Origin: an uncultured Chitinophagaceae bacterium
Lineage (GTDB): Bacteria > Bacteroidota > Bacteroidia > Chitinophagales > JADJOU01
NCBI GenBank assembly: GCA_964465185.1
Contig: CAYXKX010000001.1
Location: 16,585 to 80,584 of the forward strand
DNA length: 64,000 nucleotides
Direction of reading: 5' to 3'
The position numbers were made by a program, and so were the translations under genes. This document shows positions 36,412-46,637 of the stretch, in pieces (the stretch's first letter is position 1; each line of letters begins with the position of its first letter). Below the pieces are notes generated by a model. The model worked only from the letters and a program-made list of their open reading frames with translations. It made no database searches and had not been told where the DNA came from.

Positions 36412-37785
36412 TCATAAACGAAATAGTTTTTTTATCCATTTGAATAAAGAATAGGGTGGATAGCGAAAAGCTAAATCTATCCAATTGTATGAGCGAACCA
36501 CCCCGCGTTGATGGGAGAAAGCAAGAAAGCCGGCTTTTCCGTGATAGTTTCCCATTCCACTAGCGCCGACACCACCAAAAGGTAAATTCTTATTGGAGAA
36601 GTGAATAACAGTGTCATTAATACATGCTCCTCCCGAAGGAAAACGGTCTAGAATTTTCTGCGCCCAAGAATTGTTGCCGAAAAGGTATAAAGATAGCGGT
36701 TTTTCTTTAGGATATAATGTGTCAAGATCAGAATCCTTTTCAAAAGTCAAAACAGGTAAGATAGGTCCAAAAATTTCTTCTTGCATCGCTTTACAGTCAA
36801 GAGATATAGGGTATAAAATGGTTGGCGAAAGATAGAGATTAGATTTATCTGATTTACCACCATAGTATATTTCTTTCTCTTCAATCAAATTGACTAATCT
36901 TTCATAAGCTACCATATTTATAATCCGACCGTAAAAGGGTGAGGTTGAACTATCCATGCTATAAAGCAATTCAATTTCTTTTACCAAAAGAATAAGAAAA
37001 TCATTTACTATAGAATTATGCACAATTAAAAAGTCCGGTGCAATACAAGTTTGTCCGGAGTTGATAAGTTTTCCCCAAACAATGCGCCGTGCAGCAAGCG
37101 CCAAGTCCGCCGTATTGTCCACAATACAAGGGCTTTTCCCTCCTAATTCTAAAATAACAGGCGTTAAATTTTCTGCAGCAGCAGCCATCACCTTTTTACC
37201 TACGGTTGTGCTACCCGTAAAGAATATCAAATCAAAAGGAAGACGAACCAAATCCTCACTAACATTTTTATCTCCTTCAATAAAACAGACATAACAGGGA
37301 TCAAAACAAAAAGAAATAATTTTTGCAATAATTTTGTTCGTATTGGGCGTATGCTCAGATCCCTTAATAATGGCGCAATTTCCCGCCCCAATGGCGGCCA
37401 CTAAAGGTAAAAGAGTTAGTTGAAACGGATAGTTAAATGGTACAATATTTAGACAAACGCCCAGAGGGTCATATCTTATATAGCTGCTCGAAGGCAAAAG
37501 ATAAAGGGGAGAAAAAACAGATTTATCCGACGCCCAAGAGTTTAAATGGGAAACAAATAAATCGATTTCATTCAAAACTAACCCAAGTTCTGTAAAAAAA
37601 ATTTCTTCTTTGGACTTGTGTAAATCTAAGAATAGGCCAGAATAGATTTCATTTTCATTATCGAGAATAGTAGATTTTAATTTTAATAAATTGGCTTTTC
37701 TAAAGGCAACCTCTTTTGTTTTTTGACTAGCAAAAAAGGATTTTTGGTTAGAAAACAGTAAATTTAGATTGTATTTTTCCATCAT
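36412..37785 (-). CDS. NAD(P)-dependent aldehyde dehydrogenase (ALDH3-like, fatty-aldehyde type)
   Basis: ALDH signatures FTGSTTVGK, ELGGKSP and catalytic Cys GQTCIAPD. I chose the ATG-ATG start at 37785. The in-frame TTG at 37797 abuts the alkB-like stop. Confidence 0.9.
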   Translation of the reverse strand: MMEKYNLNLLFSNQKSFFASQKTKEVAFRKANLLKLKSTILDNENEIYSGLFLDLHKSKEEIFFTELGLVLNEIDLFVSHLNSWASDKSVFSPLYLLPSSSYIRYDPLGVCLNIVPFNYPFQLTLLPLVAAIGAGNCAIIKGSEHTPNTNKIIAKIISFCFDPCYVCFIEGDKNVSEDLVRLPFDLIFFTGSTTVGKKVMAAAAENLTPVILELGGKSPCIVDNTADLALAARRIVWGKLINSGQTCIAPDFLIVHNSIVNDFLILLVKEIELLYSMDSSTSPFYGRIINMVAYERLVNLIEEKEIYYGGKSDKSNLYLSPTILYPISLDCKAMQEEIFGPILPVLTFEKDSDLDTLYPKEKPLSLYLFGNNSWAQKILDRFPSGGACINDTVIHFSNKNLPFGGVGASGMGNYHGKAGFLAFSHQRGVVRSYNWIDLAFRYPPYSLFKWIKKLFRL

Positions 37786-37797
37786 TGTAATATACAA

Positions 37798-38856
37798 CTA
37801 TCCTAGGTTAGAGCCAAAACTTTGTAATTTATAGGCATCAAGTTTTTTGTGAACAAAATAATACCATAAAGGAGGCAAGGTGCTCAAGAGCATCATACCG
37901 GGATAGCCAGTTGGCATCTGAGGACTATCGTCAAAATGACGTAAAATTTGATATTTTCTGCTTGATATGTAATGATGATCAGAATGGCGAGAAAGCTCGA
38001 AAAGCAATATACGACCAATTGGATGATTAGAATTCCAGGAATGAACAGGCATGGTTCTTTCATAATCACCATTTTCTTTGCGTTTTCTTCGCAGACCATA
38101 GTGTTCAATATAGTTAACGGTTTCTAAGAGAAAAATTCCTATTAAAGCGGCGGCCAGAAAGGCTAAGAACGTTTTAAATCCAAAAAGAAAATAAATAAAT
38201 CCAAGAAGACCAAATTGAATTAGCGAAAACCAGATCATTTTGTTTTGAAAAGAAAAGAAGCGAAACCCATTGCGCTTTAGGATTACAGATTGGATTTTCC
38301 ATGCGGAAACATATCCCAAAAAAATGGATCGCAAATGAAAGGCATAAATAGATTCTCCTCGTTTAGCCGATGCAGGATCTTGGTCTGTAGAAACATTTTG
38401 GTGGTGACCATAGTTGTGTTCGACAAAGAAATGCATATAGAGCGAAGTCATCAACAAGGATTGACTCATAAGCTTTTCATACCAGGTGTTTCTATGTCCC
38501 AATTCATGTGCGACGTTGATGCCCATAATGCCGCAGGCCAGCCCCATAGAAATTATTTTCCCGACGATTAAATATGTTTCTGTTGTGTTTCCAATTCTAA
38601 ATAGGAAATAAAAAAGCAGCGCAAACTGACAAGGAACAAATAGGTAAACCATCCAATCATAAAACCGAGATGAATTGGCGATGGCTTCTTGATCAACGGA
38701 AAAATTCGTTTCATCGGCAACAGAGAATAATTCTAGAAAAGGAATTATGCCGAAAATAAATACAGGGGCGGTATAAACAAATAGGGAATTAGACCACAAA
38801 GAAAAACCAATGATCAGAGGAATTAAGAGGCTAAATAGATATTTGTATTTTTTCAA
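37798..38856 (-). CDS. alkB: Alkane 1-monooxygenase (AlkB-like membrane di-iron hydroxylase)
   Basis: Histidine boxes HELGHR, EHNYGHH and LSRHSDHH, plus NYIEHYGL, and multiple TM helices. TTG start. Confidence 0.85.
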   Translation of the reverse strand: MKKYKYLFSLLIPLIIGFSLWSNSLFVYTAPVFIFGIIPFLELFSVADETNFSVDQEAIANSSRFYDWMVYLFVPCQFALLFYFLFRIGNTTETYLIVGKIISMGLACGIMGINVAHELGHRNTWYEKLMSQSLLMTSLYMHFFVEHNYGHHQNVSTDQDPASAKRGESIYAFHLRSIFLGYVSAWKIQSVILKRNGFRFFSFQNKMIWFSLIQFGLLGFIYFLFGFKTFLAFLAAALIGIFLLETVNYIEHYGLRRKRKENGDYERTMPVHSWNSNHPIGRILLFELSRHSDHHYISSRKYQILRHFDDSPQMPTGYPGMMLLSTLPPLWYYFVHKKLDAYKLQSFGSNLG

Positions 38857-38917
38857 TTTGCGGGTTAAATTTATTTTTCTGTGCCCACGGTTTAAACCCG
38901 TGGCAACAGAAAAAAGT

Positions 38918-40489
38918 CTATTTCAATGAAATCTGAATCACCGCCGGAATGGGTTTGCTATTGCCTCCATTTGGCCAATGGCTGATAAAATTATCTTTAT
39001 CCTTTGAAGTTTCTCCTGGATGTTGTACGCTTAAAAACAGCGTTTTATAATCAGGGCTAAAATATGGACCCGTAAATTCGGCTGCATTTGGAGCGGAGGC
39101 TATTTGTAAAACTTTCCCAGCATTTTTCCCAGAAACGGGCACCATGAAAAGACCGTTGTTTTTAAAATGTTCGTATTGTTTTTTCTTTTGTGCACCAGCC
39201 GCTATGTCCGAGGTAAACCAAAGATTGTTCTTATTGTCAAAAGCAAGATTATCAGGACATGAGAAACCACTATCCTCACCACCAGTAAGGAAATATTCAT
39301 GTTTAAATTTTAAAGAACCCGCGTCTGTGTTTTCTTCCATAATTTTTAGAATAGATCCATGGTAGTTTCCTTTTGGTTTATTATTCGTTAAGGAAATAAA
39401 AACATCTTTGGTCACAGGGTGAATTTCAATGTCTTCTGGTCTGGCTAGAGGAGTAGCCTTGGCAATTTTAGCGGCATTTCGAGTTTGAATCAACAACTCT
39501 ATCTGGGAAGTATAGTGCTTGCTAAGTTCCATATGTATATCTTTATCCAAGGGAACCCAATCTCCCGATTCTAAATTGGCAACATAAAGTATGCCTTTGT
39601 CTAAATTATCTTCCGCGTCTGATATGAATTTATATAAATGTTCGTCGTTAGTGTCATCGCCGGTATAAACAACTACTTTGCCATTTTTAGCAAGAGTCGT
39701 CGTAGCGCACTCATGTGCCATGCGGCCCATACTGATGTGTTTTTTAGCTTCCCCACTTATTGGGTCTATTTCTACAACCCATCCATAATGTTCAGGAGGA
39801 TTGTCATAAAATTTTTCCCACCCAAATTCACTCTTTGTTCGAGTGACCATTCCATCTTTATACACGGATTCACCATAAAACATGTCATAATTTTCCTCAC
39901 AAGTCAAGATCGTATTCCACGGCGTCTTTCCTCCAGCGCAGTTTCCGAGAGTACCCATTGCTATATTCTTGCCTAAGATTTCTACATTGTTTGCAAAAGG
40001 AATCAAAGTCAATGCGGAAAAACGTCTGTTGTATGGACTATTTTTTATGTACTCCCATTTATTTGTTTTTGCATTTTTCTTAATATGAACAAGCGCTCCG
40101 CCCACAGAGTACATTTCTTTTTCAACTTCTTCCTTGGTAGGTGTTTCAGTCATTTTATCTAAAATCATAAATCGATCTGGAGATTCGTGATTTACCCAAA
40201 GAATACCTTCGTTACCATTTTTAGTTAAGGGCACGAAATTGATATAATCATTATTAAAACCAAAGCTCTCCTTGTCTGTCAAGGCATCCTGCCATTGAAT
40301 AAGCACATCATATTTCAACTCTTTCGTTAAAACCACCTCATCGTCATTGGAAAATGAGATGCCTTCATACTCCGTTTCAGACAAAGAAGGTTTGTTTTTA
40401 AGTGCGGGCAATTCAGCTGCAAAGCTTGTATCTAAAGTTGATACGGCAGAAGCAGCAGAAATAAATTTTAAAAAGGAACGACGTTTCAT
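38918..40489 (-). CDS. phoX: PhoX-family (DUF839) secreted phosphatase with Tat-type signal
   Basis: Twin-arginine signal MKRRSFLKFISAASAVS; I chose the ATG at 40489. The beta-propeller-like body has PED/PDN segments (RPEDIEIHP, CPDNLAFD) typical of PhoX. Confidence 0.8.
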   Translation of the reverse strand: MKRRSFLKFISAASAVSTLDTSFAAELPALKNKPSLSETEYEGISFSNDDEVVLTKELKYDVLIQWQDALTDKESFGFNNDYINFVPLTKNGNEGILWVNHESPDRFMILDKMTETPTKEEVEKEMYSVGGALVHIKKNAKTNKWEYIKNSPYNRRFSALTLIPFANNVEILGKNIAMGTLGNCAGGKTPWNTILTCEENYDMFYGESVYKDGMVTRTKSEFGWEKFYDNPPEHYGWVVEIDPISGEAKKHISMGRMAHECATTTLAKNGKVVVYTGDDTNDEHLYKFISDAEDNLDKGILYVANLESGDWVPLDKDIHMELSKHYTSQIELLIQTRNAAKIAKATPLARPEDIEIHPVTKDVFISLTNNKPKGNYHGSILKIMEENTDAGSLKFKHEYFLTGGEDSGFSCPDNLAFDNKNNLWFTSDIAAGAQKKKQYEHFKNNGLFMVPVSGKNAGKVLQIASAPNAAEFTGPYFSPDYKTLFLSVQHPGETSKDKDNFISHWPNGGNSKPIPAVIQISLK

Positions 40490-40572
40490 CAGGAGAAAAG
40501 TTAGTATGTAAATGTAAAACAAATAAAGAAAAACAAATGTTTCACAAAGGTTAATTATCTCTTAGCGATAAT

Positions 40573-41094
40573 TTATTTCTCAAAATCCTTAAACAACAAA
40601 CTCGGCTGTATTTCGCTATTGTTTTGGTATTTGCCGCTTTTATAGTAGTCACATTCCCCATCGATACTATGGTAGTATATCTGACAAATTTCTACTCCAG
40701 GATATATACGTAATGGCTGAATAACAAAAATCTCCAAAGTCCAGAAGCCGGAAAAACCAACATCGCCGAAACCAGCGGTGACGTGAATAAACATACCTAA
40801 ACGTCCAATAGAACTTCGCCCCTCTAGCATTGGCACATGCGATAGAGTTTCCGTAAATTCAAGCGTTCTACCGAGATAGAGTTTATTCGGTTCTAATAAT
40901 AAACCGTCTTCGGGAATGATTAGTTTGCTCGCTGTGTTTTCTTTTTTCATATCGAGCTCATAATTATCATAAACCATAAGCTCATTATGAAGACGCAGGT
41001 TGTAGCTGTTTGGATTCAACTGAGCAGAACTGTATGGTTCTATGATGATATCTTTGCCTATTCGTTTCTGTATTTCTTTACCGCTGAGTATCAT
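40573..41094 (-). CDS. dcd: dCTP deaminase
   Basis: MILSGKEI.. start, and the segments EGRSSIGRLG and GFSGFWTLE are characteristic of Dcd. Confidence 0.9.
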   Translation of the reverse strand: MILSGKEIQKRIGKDIIIEPYSSAQLNPNSYNLRLHNELMVYDNYELDMKKENTASKLIIPEDGLLLEPNKLYLGRTLEFTETLSHVPMLEGRSSIGRLGMFIHVTAGFGDVGFSGFWTLEIFVIQPLRIYPGVEICQIYYHSIDGECDYYKSGKYQNNSEIQPSLLFKDFEK

Positions 41095-41123
41095 GGTTCT
41101 TTTTGCTAGTTAATGGTTAAGAA

Positions 41124-43733
41124 TTACTTCATCGTAATGGTCATGAGGGCATTGCCCATGGCGGGAATGACAGAGGTCATTTTACGGGCCATTTTGTACT
41201 TCACATCGAGCCAAAGAGTGGTAGTGTCCGTTGCATTTTCTGTGTTGACGATTTCTACCTTTTGCAAGCCATTTTCCATACCGATGTATGTTATTTGTAC
41301 CAATTTAGCTTTTCCACTCATAATGTCGGGCATGTTGCAAACGATGGAGAATCCGTCCTGTAAAGGTAAACCAGCTACCATGAGGTCCTGAATGGATCCA
41401 TCAAAAATGGCCGCTCCTTCCCATGAAATTACAAGGTCCTTTCCCATAAGGTTTCCTTTACAGCTGGTGTCGGTAAATGTGAAAATAGTCTCCTGGCCAC
41501 TTTGAGCCATGGTGCGTGTCTTGAGTTTAAATTCAGGGGTGATAAGTGATTTATCTTTCATTTCACCCATTGCGCTTTTAGAGACATCTTCAATTTCAAA
41601 ATCATTACCTACTTTTTTAATTGTCCGTACCATAGTCATTGGCATTTTTTGTCCTTGAACTTCTAGGAGAACGTCATAGGATAGGTTAATTTCTTGTAGG
41701 GGGTTCTGTATAAGGGGAAGAGTTTTTTCTGCTTTGAGGTTTTTTTTAGCTTCGAGTTTTACACCAGATATATTAACAGTAAGCTCCTTAAGTTTATCAG
41801 AAACATCCTGTGGCATTTCCTTTTGGTAGGGTGTACCGATGACTTCACTGAGAAATTTTTCAATACCCGCATACATTGCTTTATTGTTGAGGGGCTTATA
41901 GAAGCCATGTCCTTCGTCCTTTGCTAATAGATAATCCACTTTCTTTCCTTTGTCTCTCAAGGCTACTACGATTTGATCTGCCTCAGCTTGCTTGACTCGT
42001 GGGTCGTTTGCTCCCTGAATAACAAGAAGTGGTTTTTTGATTTTGTCTACATGAAATAGTGGGCTAGCTTGGCGGATGAGTCTCTTTCCTTCATCGGTGT
42101 TAGGGTCACCAACCATTTCATAAAGCATGGCTCTTCCAGCCTCCCAGTATGGCGGAATAGACTCTAACAATGTGAAGATATTGCTCGGGCCGACTATATC
42201 TACTCCACAAGTATAAAGATCTGGAGTGAAAGTCAAACCAGCTAAGGTGGCGTAACCACCATAACTTCCTCCCATAATAACGAGTTTTTTTGGATCAGCG
42301 ACGCCATTGATAATAAGGTGTTGAATACCCCACGTAATGTCGTCTTGCATGAGTTTACCCCATTGTTTATCACCTGCATTAAGAAACTTTTTACCATAAC
42401 CACCACTAGCTCGGAAATTTGGTTGAAATACAGCGAAACCGCGATTGCATAAAAACTGAACTTCGGCGCTATATCCCCAGTTATCCCTTGGACCCTTTGG
42501 TCCTCCGTGTATCAAGGCAATCAAAGGCAAATTTTTCTTAGCCCCCTTAGGTAAAGACAAATATCCGTTTATATACATCCCATCACTACTCGCATAACTA
42601 ATTGGGAGCATTTCCACTAGCTCAGATTCTATCGCCTTCAGTTTAGGTCGAGGACAATATTGGAAGGTAAGTTCACGGGTTTTGGAATCGAAATAATAAA
42701 CTTCGGGCACAAATTTGTCACTATAAGTTGAAAGAAGCATTTTACTATAGTCATTGGTATAACTGCTATAGCCTATTTCTCTTCCCGGAAATTTAGATTC
42801 TAAAAATTTATGGTTGTCTTCCCATGTTTTATTCTTCCAATAGCGAATACGCTTATCGTTTGTATAGGAAGTGTAAATAATTTCTCTTGTATTGTCATCG
42901 ACGAAGAGACTTCCAAAATCGACTTGACCTTGCGGATCTTTTTCAACTAGAGTTAACTGCTTGGTTGTTGGATTCATAAGGTATAGTTCGGATTTATCTA
43001 ATTCTCCTTTATTCGTTTCGAGATAAACCTGACTATTATCCTTATTCCACATAAGAAAAGCGGCCCCTTCTTTCACATTCGTACTATATATTTCTTCTAG
43101 TTTATTACCTGCATCTATTCTATAAGTAACGGTATTTCCTTTCTCGTCCGTTTTGCTCAGTAGTCGTAGCTTTTCATCCCAGTCGAAATTAAAGTCAGTG
43201 ATGCGATCCTTATTTTCATAGATCATGTCTAACTTACCCGTAGTGATGTTCAATTGGAATAGGTCGTGCCATTTTTTATCTCTATTGTTCAATCCTACAA
43301 GGAGAATAGAAGGATTTTTCTTGCTGACCATTTGGATATTGGCAGTTACATCTTTCATGGGAGTCAGGTTGCGAGCTTCTGGTAATTTGCCTATATAGGG
43401 GTCTAGGGCGAAAATATTCATGTTCTCATCACCGTCATTATCGCGCACGAAGAGGATATTTTTTGCATCTTCAGTCCAGAAATAACCATACATTGGCCGT
43501 TTTTGGTTAGTTAAAGGAATTGCTTTATCAAAAGACTCGTCGAATTTTTTAATCCATAGGTTCATAATCCCCTCATATTCCTTTAGAAAAGTGACGTATT
43601 TGCCGTCAGGGCTCAGCTGGCTACCAGATATTTCTGGGTTGCCAAAGAATAATTCACGGTCAATAAGTTTGGCATTTTGTGCGTCCATAGAAAATGTAAG
43701 TAGTGCAAATAATGTAATAAAAAGTTTGTGCAT
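41124..43733 (-). CDS. S9-family serine peptidase (prolyl oligopeptidase/DPP-like) with an extra C-terminal domain of about 240 aa
   Basis: Signal peptide [19 protein letters not shown] (ATG at 43733), beta-propeller region, nucleophile elbow GGSYGGY, and acid/His residues (GANDPRV, DEGHGF). About 240 residues follow the catalytic His. Confidence 0.9.
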   Translation of the reverse strand: MHKLFITLFALLTFSMDAQNAKLIDRELFFGNPEISGSQLSPDGKYVTFLKEYEGIMNLWIKKFDESFDKAIPLTNQKRPMYGYFWTEDAKNILFVRDNDGDENMNIFALDPYIGKLPEARNLTPMKDVTANIQMVSKKNPSILLVGLNNRDKKWHDLFQLNITTGKLDMIYENKDRITDFNFDWDEKLRLLSKTDEKGNTVTYRIDAGNKLEEIYSTNVKEGAAFLMWNKDNSQVYLETNKGELDKSELYLMNPTTKQLTLVEKDPQGQVDFGSLFVDDNTREIIYTSYTNDKRIRYWKNKTWEDNHKFLESKFPGREIGYSSYTNDYSKMLLSTYSDKFVPEVYYFDSKTRELTFQYCPRPKLKAIESELVEMLPISYASSDGMYINGYLSLPKGAKKNLPLIALIHGGPKGPRDNWGYSAEVQFLCNRGFAVFQPNFRASGGYGKKFLNAGDKQWGKLMQDDITWGIQHLIINGVADPKKLVIMGGSYGGYATLAGLTFTPDLYTCGVDIVGPSNIFTLLESIPPYWEAGRAMLYEMVGDPNTDEGKRLIRQASPLFHVDKIKKPLLVIQGANDPRVKQAEADQIVVALRDKGKKVDYLLAKDEGHGFYKPLNNKAMYAGIEKFLSEVIGTPYQKEMPQDVSDKLKELTVNISGVKLEAKKNLKAEKTLPLIQNPLQEINLSYDVLLEVQGQKMPMTMVRTIKKVGNDFEIEDVSKSAMGEMKDKSLITPEFKLKTRTMAQSGQETIFTFTDTSCKGNLMGKDLVISWEGAAIFDGSIQDLMVAGLPLQDGFSIVCNMPDIMSGKAKLVQITYIGMENGLQKVEIVNTENATDTTTLWLDVKYKMARKMTSVIPAMGNALMTITMK

Positions 43734-43820
43734 AAATAGAATTATTATAAAAAACAAAATTAAATTAAAGCCAACAGTTGGTTCGTTAAACTAGCTAAAA
43801 GTTACAGAAAAATAGTAGTA

Positions 43821-43850
43821 AATAAAAAAATCCCCAATAATAGGGGATTT
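43821..43850 (-). terminator. Rho-independent terminator downstream of the DUF805 gene
   Basis: Stem AAATCCCC/GGGGATTT (43828..43835 pairs with 43843..43850) with a 7-nt loop, followed by a T-run on the minus strand. Confidence 0.6.
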
Positions 43851-43874
43851 TAATAAAAAAATAAATTGAAAAAA

Positions 43875-44270
43875 TTAGTAAGCCTTAGGATCAGGACCAT
43901 ATAGGTTTTCACCTACATCTCCAGCTTTTGCCATAAAGTAGATACCGATGAAAGGTCCAACACAAGGAATCATAGAAACAAAATACCACCAGCCACTCTT
44001 TCCTATATCGTGAAATCTTCTTACAGATACGGCGATACCAGGAATAATAAGAGCTAAATAAAAAGCCATACTAATATAACCAAGATTCATTGGTACTTCT
44101 TTCTCCCCCACAGGATAATTAAATTTATAAGATGTGCCCAAAAGACCATCCAAAATAGAAATAAGAATTAAAAAAATAATGGTGAAAAGAACAAACATCC
44201 AGTATTCCTTCCTTCTAGCCCTTCCGCTAAAATTTGCATAGTTTTTAAAACAATGAATAAAATAGTTCAT
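43875..44270 (-). CDS. DUF805-family inner-membrane protein
   Basis: The GRARRKEYW motif plus three hydrophobic helices is typical of DUF805/YhaH-like proteins. Confidence 0.8.
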   Translation of the reverse strand: MNYFIHCFKNYANFSGRARRKEYWMFVLFTIIFLILISILDGLLGTSYKFNYPVGEKEVPMNLGYISMAFYLALIIPGIAVSVRRFHDIGKSGWWYFVSMIPCVGPFIGIYFMAKAGDVGENLYGPDPKAY

Positions 44271-44371
44271 AAGCTGTAATTTTTATGTTAATAAATTTCC
44301 TACTCTTGGGCTTTTCGGAGAACGCCAAAATGATAACAAGGCAATATTATGTTAAAAAAAACAAATCAAAA

Positions 44372-44692
44372 TTATTTTTTACGCATGGAAATGGCATATT
44401 CCGAAACGGCAACTATTTCTTCTGGGGTTAACAAGTTTTTATAGGGCGCCATAGCGCCTTTCCCATTCGTCACCTGGTGGACAATCTGGTCTATGCTCAA
44501 GCTGGATGCGGTTATATCCTTTGCACCACCAAAACCCATTTTGCCATCAATGCCATGACACGAGGTACATCGCTCTATATAGATGGTTTTGCCATCTGGT
44601 TTCAAGGAGGCCTCTTCTTTTTTCTCCAGTTTACAAGAGTGGATTAAAAACAAAGTAGCTGTCAAAAAGACAGCATTAGTTGGTAATTTCAT
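44372..44692 (-). CDS. Class I c-type cytochrome (lipoprotein-anchored)
   Basis: Heme-binding CTSCHG and a distal Met (GKGAMAPY). I chose the ATG at 44692, which gives the lipoprotein signal MKLPTNAVFLTATLFLIHSC. The longer track ORF overlaps the upstream gene extensively. Confidence 0.8.
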   Translation of the reverse strand: MKLPTNAVFLTATLFLIHSCKLEKKEEASLKPDGKTIYIERCTSCHGIDGKMGFGGAKDITASSLSIDQIVHQVTNGKGAMAPYKNLLTPEEIVAVSEYAISMRKK

Positions 44693-45518
44693 ATTGCGTA
44701 TGTTGGCTTTTGTATAAAACATTGATATAATACTCATGAATTTGTCTGTTATATATCTCAACTTTGCTGGTATTAAGTGCAATTCTTCCCTCATTGAGGG
44801 CCACAATTTTCAAAATATTCTTGCCTGCTTGCGGAAGAACTTTAAAAACCACTTTCTCATCTGTTAGTAGAAAGTTGTCTATTACAACGTTTTCATTAAA
44901 CACGATTTGCACCCTGTCTCCATCTACTTTTTGGTTATCATAGATTTTTAGATAGAGCGTATCAGCTCCTGCGTTAATTTCCACCTTATCATTTTCGCGA
45001 ACTTGAATGAAATTAGCTTCTTTTTTTATTTTTTGACTTAGCAAATTAGTCAAAATAGCTTCTTCATCTTTTTCTGACAACTTAATTGGTTTTTTCTCCT
45101 CTTTAGGATATAGATTAAACTTAAAATCACGACAGATGACATTTATGTGACCCGAAGGGCAGTTTTGAGAATCTAAACTTTTAAATATACCGGCGATGGT
45201 ATAAATATTTTCTAAAAGAAAATAGACCTTTCCTTGAAAAAATATGGCACAGTCTGATTTGCTTCGGGCATATTCTCGCAAGTAAATTGTTTTATCTTCC
45301 GGGTTGAAATCTCCCGTGATCATGTGATTAACTGTCTTATTATTTTCATCTCTACTTAGGTTTCCTGTCACTTGGTAGCTAGAGTCAATGCTGATTTGAA
45401 CTTCACAGTTTAGGTTTTTCTTGTCTGAATACATGATAGAACCTTGAAAATCATTTTTCTGTCCAAGTAGCAACTGTCCTATAGCTAAACCCAACAATAA
45501 TGAAATAATTTTTTTCAT
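44676..45518 (-). CDS. Hypothetical secreted protein (280 aa)
   Basis: Signal peptide MKKIISLLLGLAIGQLLLGQ. No recognisable motif. The 3' end overlaps the cytochrome c start by 17 nt. Confidence 0.55.
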   Translation of the reverse strand: MKKIISLLLGLAIGQLLLGQKNDFQGSIMYSDKKNLNCEVQISIDSSYQVTGNLSRDENNKTVNHMITGDFNPEDKTIYLREYARSKSDCAIFFQGKVYFLLENIYTIAGIFKSLDSQNCPSGHINVICRDFKFNLYPKEEKKPIKLSEKDEEAILTNLLSQKIKKEANFIQVRENDKVEINAGADTLYLKIYDNQKVDGDRVQIVFNENVVIDNFLLTDEKVVFKVLPQAGKNILKIVALNEGRIALNTSKVEIYNRQIHEYYINVLYKSQHTQYEITN

Positions 45519-45564
45519 ATATTTAAATATAAGTTAGCTTTAGATAGAACAGTCAAGATTCCGT

Positions 45565-46404
45565 TTAATAAAGCTCTTTGTCCTGAATTTCGCTATCGTT
45601 TAATTTAACCTTCTTGTTGCTTGATTTGCGCATGCGCATATTGAGCATTTCGATAAACAAAGAGAAAATGATTCCGAAATAAAGATACCCTTTTGGAATG
45701 CTGTGTACAGCTACCGAATCCAATATTCTCAAATGTGCCATATGAGCCCCTTCGGCAACCAGCATAACGCCTATTAAGATTAGAAAAGATAACCCAAGAA
45801 TCTGAATGGTAGGATGATTGTTGACAAAGTCAGAGACAGGACCAGCGAACTTAAGCATAATCAAAATAGAGATAAGAACAGATATAATCATAATCTCCAT
45901 ACCGGTAGCATAGCCAAAGCCAACTGGTGGTGGCGCTAGACTCACCAAACCTATCGCTGTCAAAATAGAATCGAAGGAGAACACTAAGTTTAAAAGTGCA
46001 ATCTGAATAATGGCTTTAGAAACCGAAGAAGCTGTCTTACCAGAAGTATGTTCTGCACCCTCCATCTTATCATGAATCTCAGAAACAGCCTTATAAAGAA
46101 GGAAGAGCCCACCAAATAAAACGATTAGGCTTTGGCCAGATATACCAATATCTATAAAATGAGTGTCAAGTGACAGAAATGGTTGATTGAGTTTGAGAAT
46201 CCAGGTCAAACCGAATAACATTAAGATTCTGAAAAGTAGAGCAAGAAAGAGCCCAATTCTCCTCGCCTTAGGCCGATCCGCTTCTTTGAGCTTCCCCGTC
46301 ACAATAGAGATAAAAACGATATTGTCTATACCAAGAATAATTTCAAGAAAAGTTAGGGTCAGAATAGCCATCAGTGAGGCTGTCGAGAAAAGAGAAGTCT
46401 CCAT
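45565..46404 (-). CDS. TerC-family integral membrane protein
   Basis: Conserved ILGIDNIVFISI and FSFDSILTA segments, and about 7 TM helices. Confidence 0.9.
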   Translation of the reverse strand: METSLFSTASLMAILTLTFLEIILGIDNIVFISIVTGKLKEADRPKARRIGLFLALLFRILMLFGLTWILKLNQPFLSLDTHFIDIGISGQSLIVLFGGLFLLYKAVSEIHDKMEGAEHTSGKTASSVSKAIIQIALLNLVFSFDSILTAIGLVSLAPPPVGFGYATGMEIMIISVLISILIMLKFAGPVSDFVNNHPTIQILGLSFLILIGVMLVAEGAHMAHLRILDSVAVHSIPKGYLYFGIIFSLFIEMLNMRMRKSSNKKVKLNDSEIQDKELY

Positions 46405-46637
46405 TTAACTAATGCGATTTTTGAATGATAAAATTTAATAATACTTCGTCTGCGAAAGTAATATAGAAAAAGTAAAAACTCCGGAATACATCTTGTTTAA
46501 AGATTCATAGATAAAATATTCGCTTGATAATTATTTATTATTTTTGTAATGGGTGTTATCGTTGGCTTCTTTATCAAGAAGCAAAATCTAGATAGCTATG
46601 GTATTATTTCATATAACTTAAACCAAAACACAAGAAT

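Noticed and set aside
38885-38903. GC-rich hairpin CCACGG-N7-CCGTGG, considered as a terminator for the phoX-like gene.
   Set aside because: The 6-bp stem is not followed by a T-run on the minus strand. It may still be structural, but it does not meet the pattern of an intrinsic terminator.
46405-46637. Manganese (yybP-ykoY) riboswitch upstream of the TerC-family gene.
   Set aside because: TerC genes are sometimes controlled by this riboswitch. I could not find the conserved GGGGAGUAG and GAGACA-type cores or the four-way junction pairing on the minus strand. Only a small 7-bp hairpin (46565..46582) is present.
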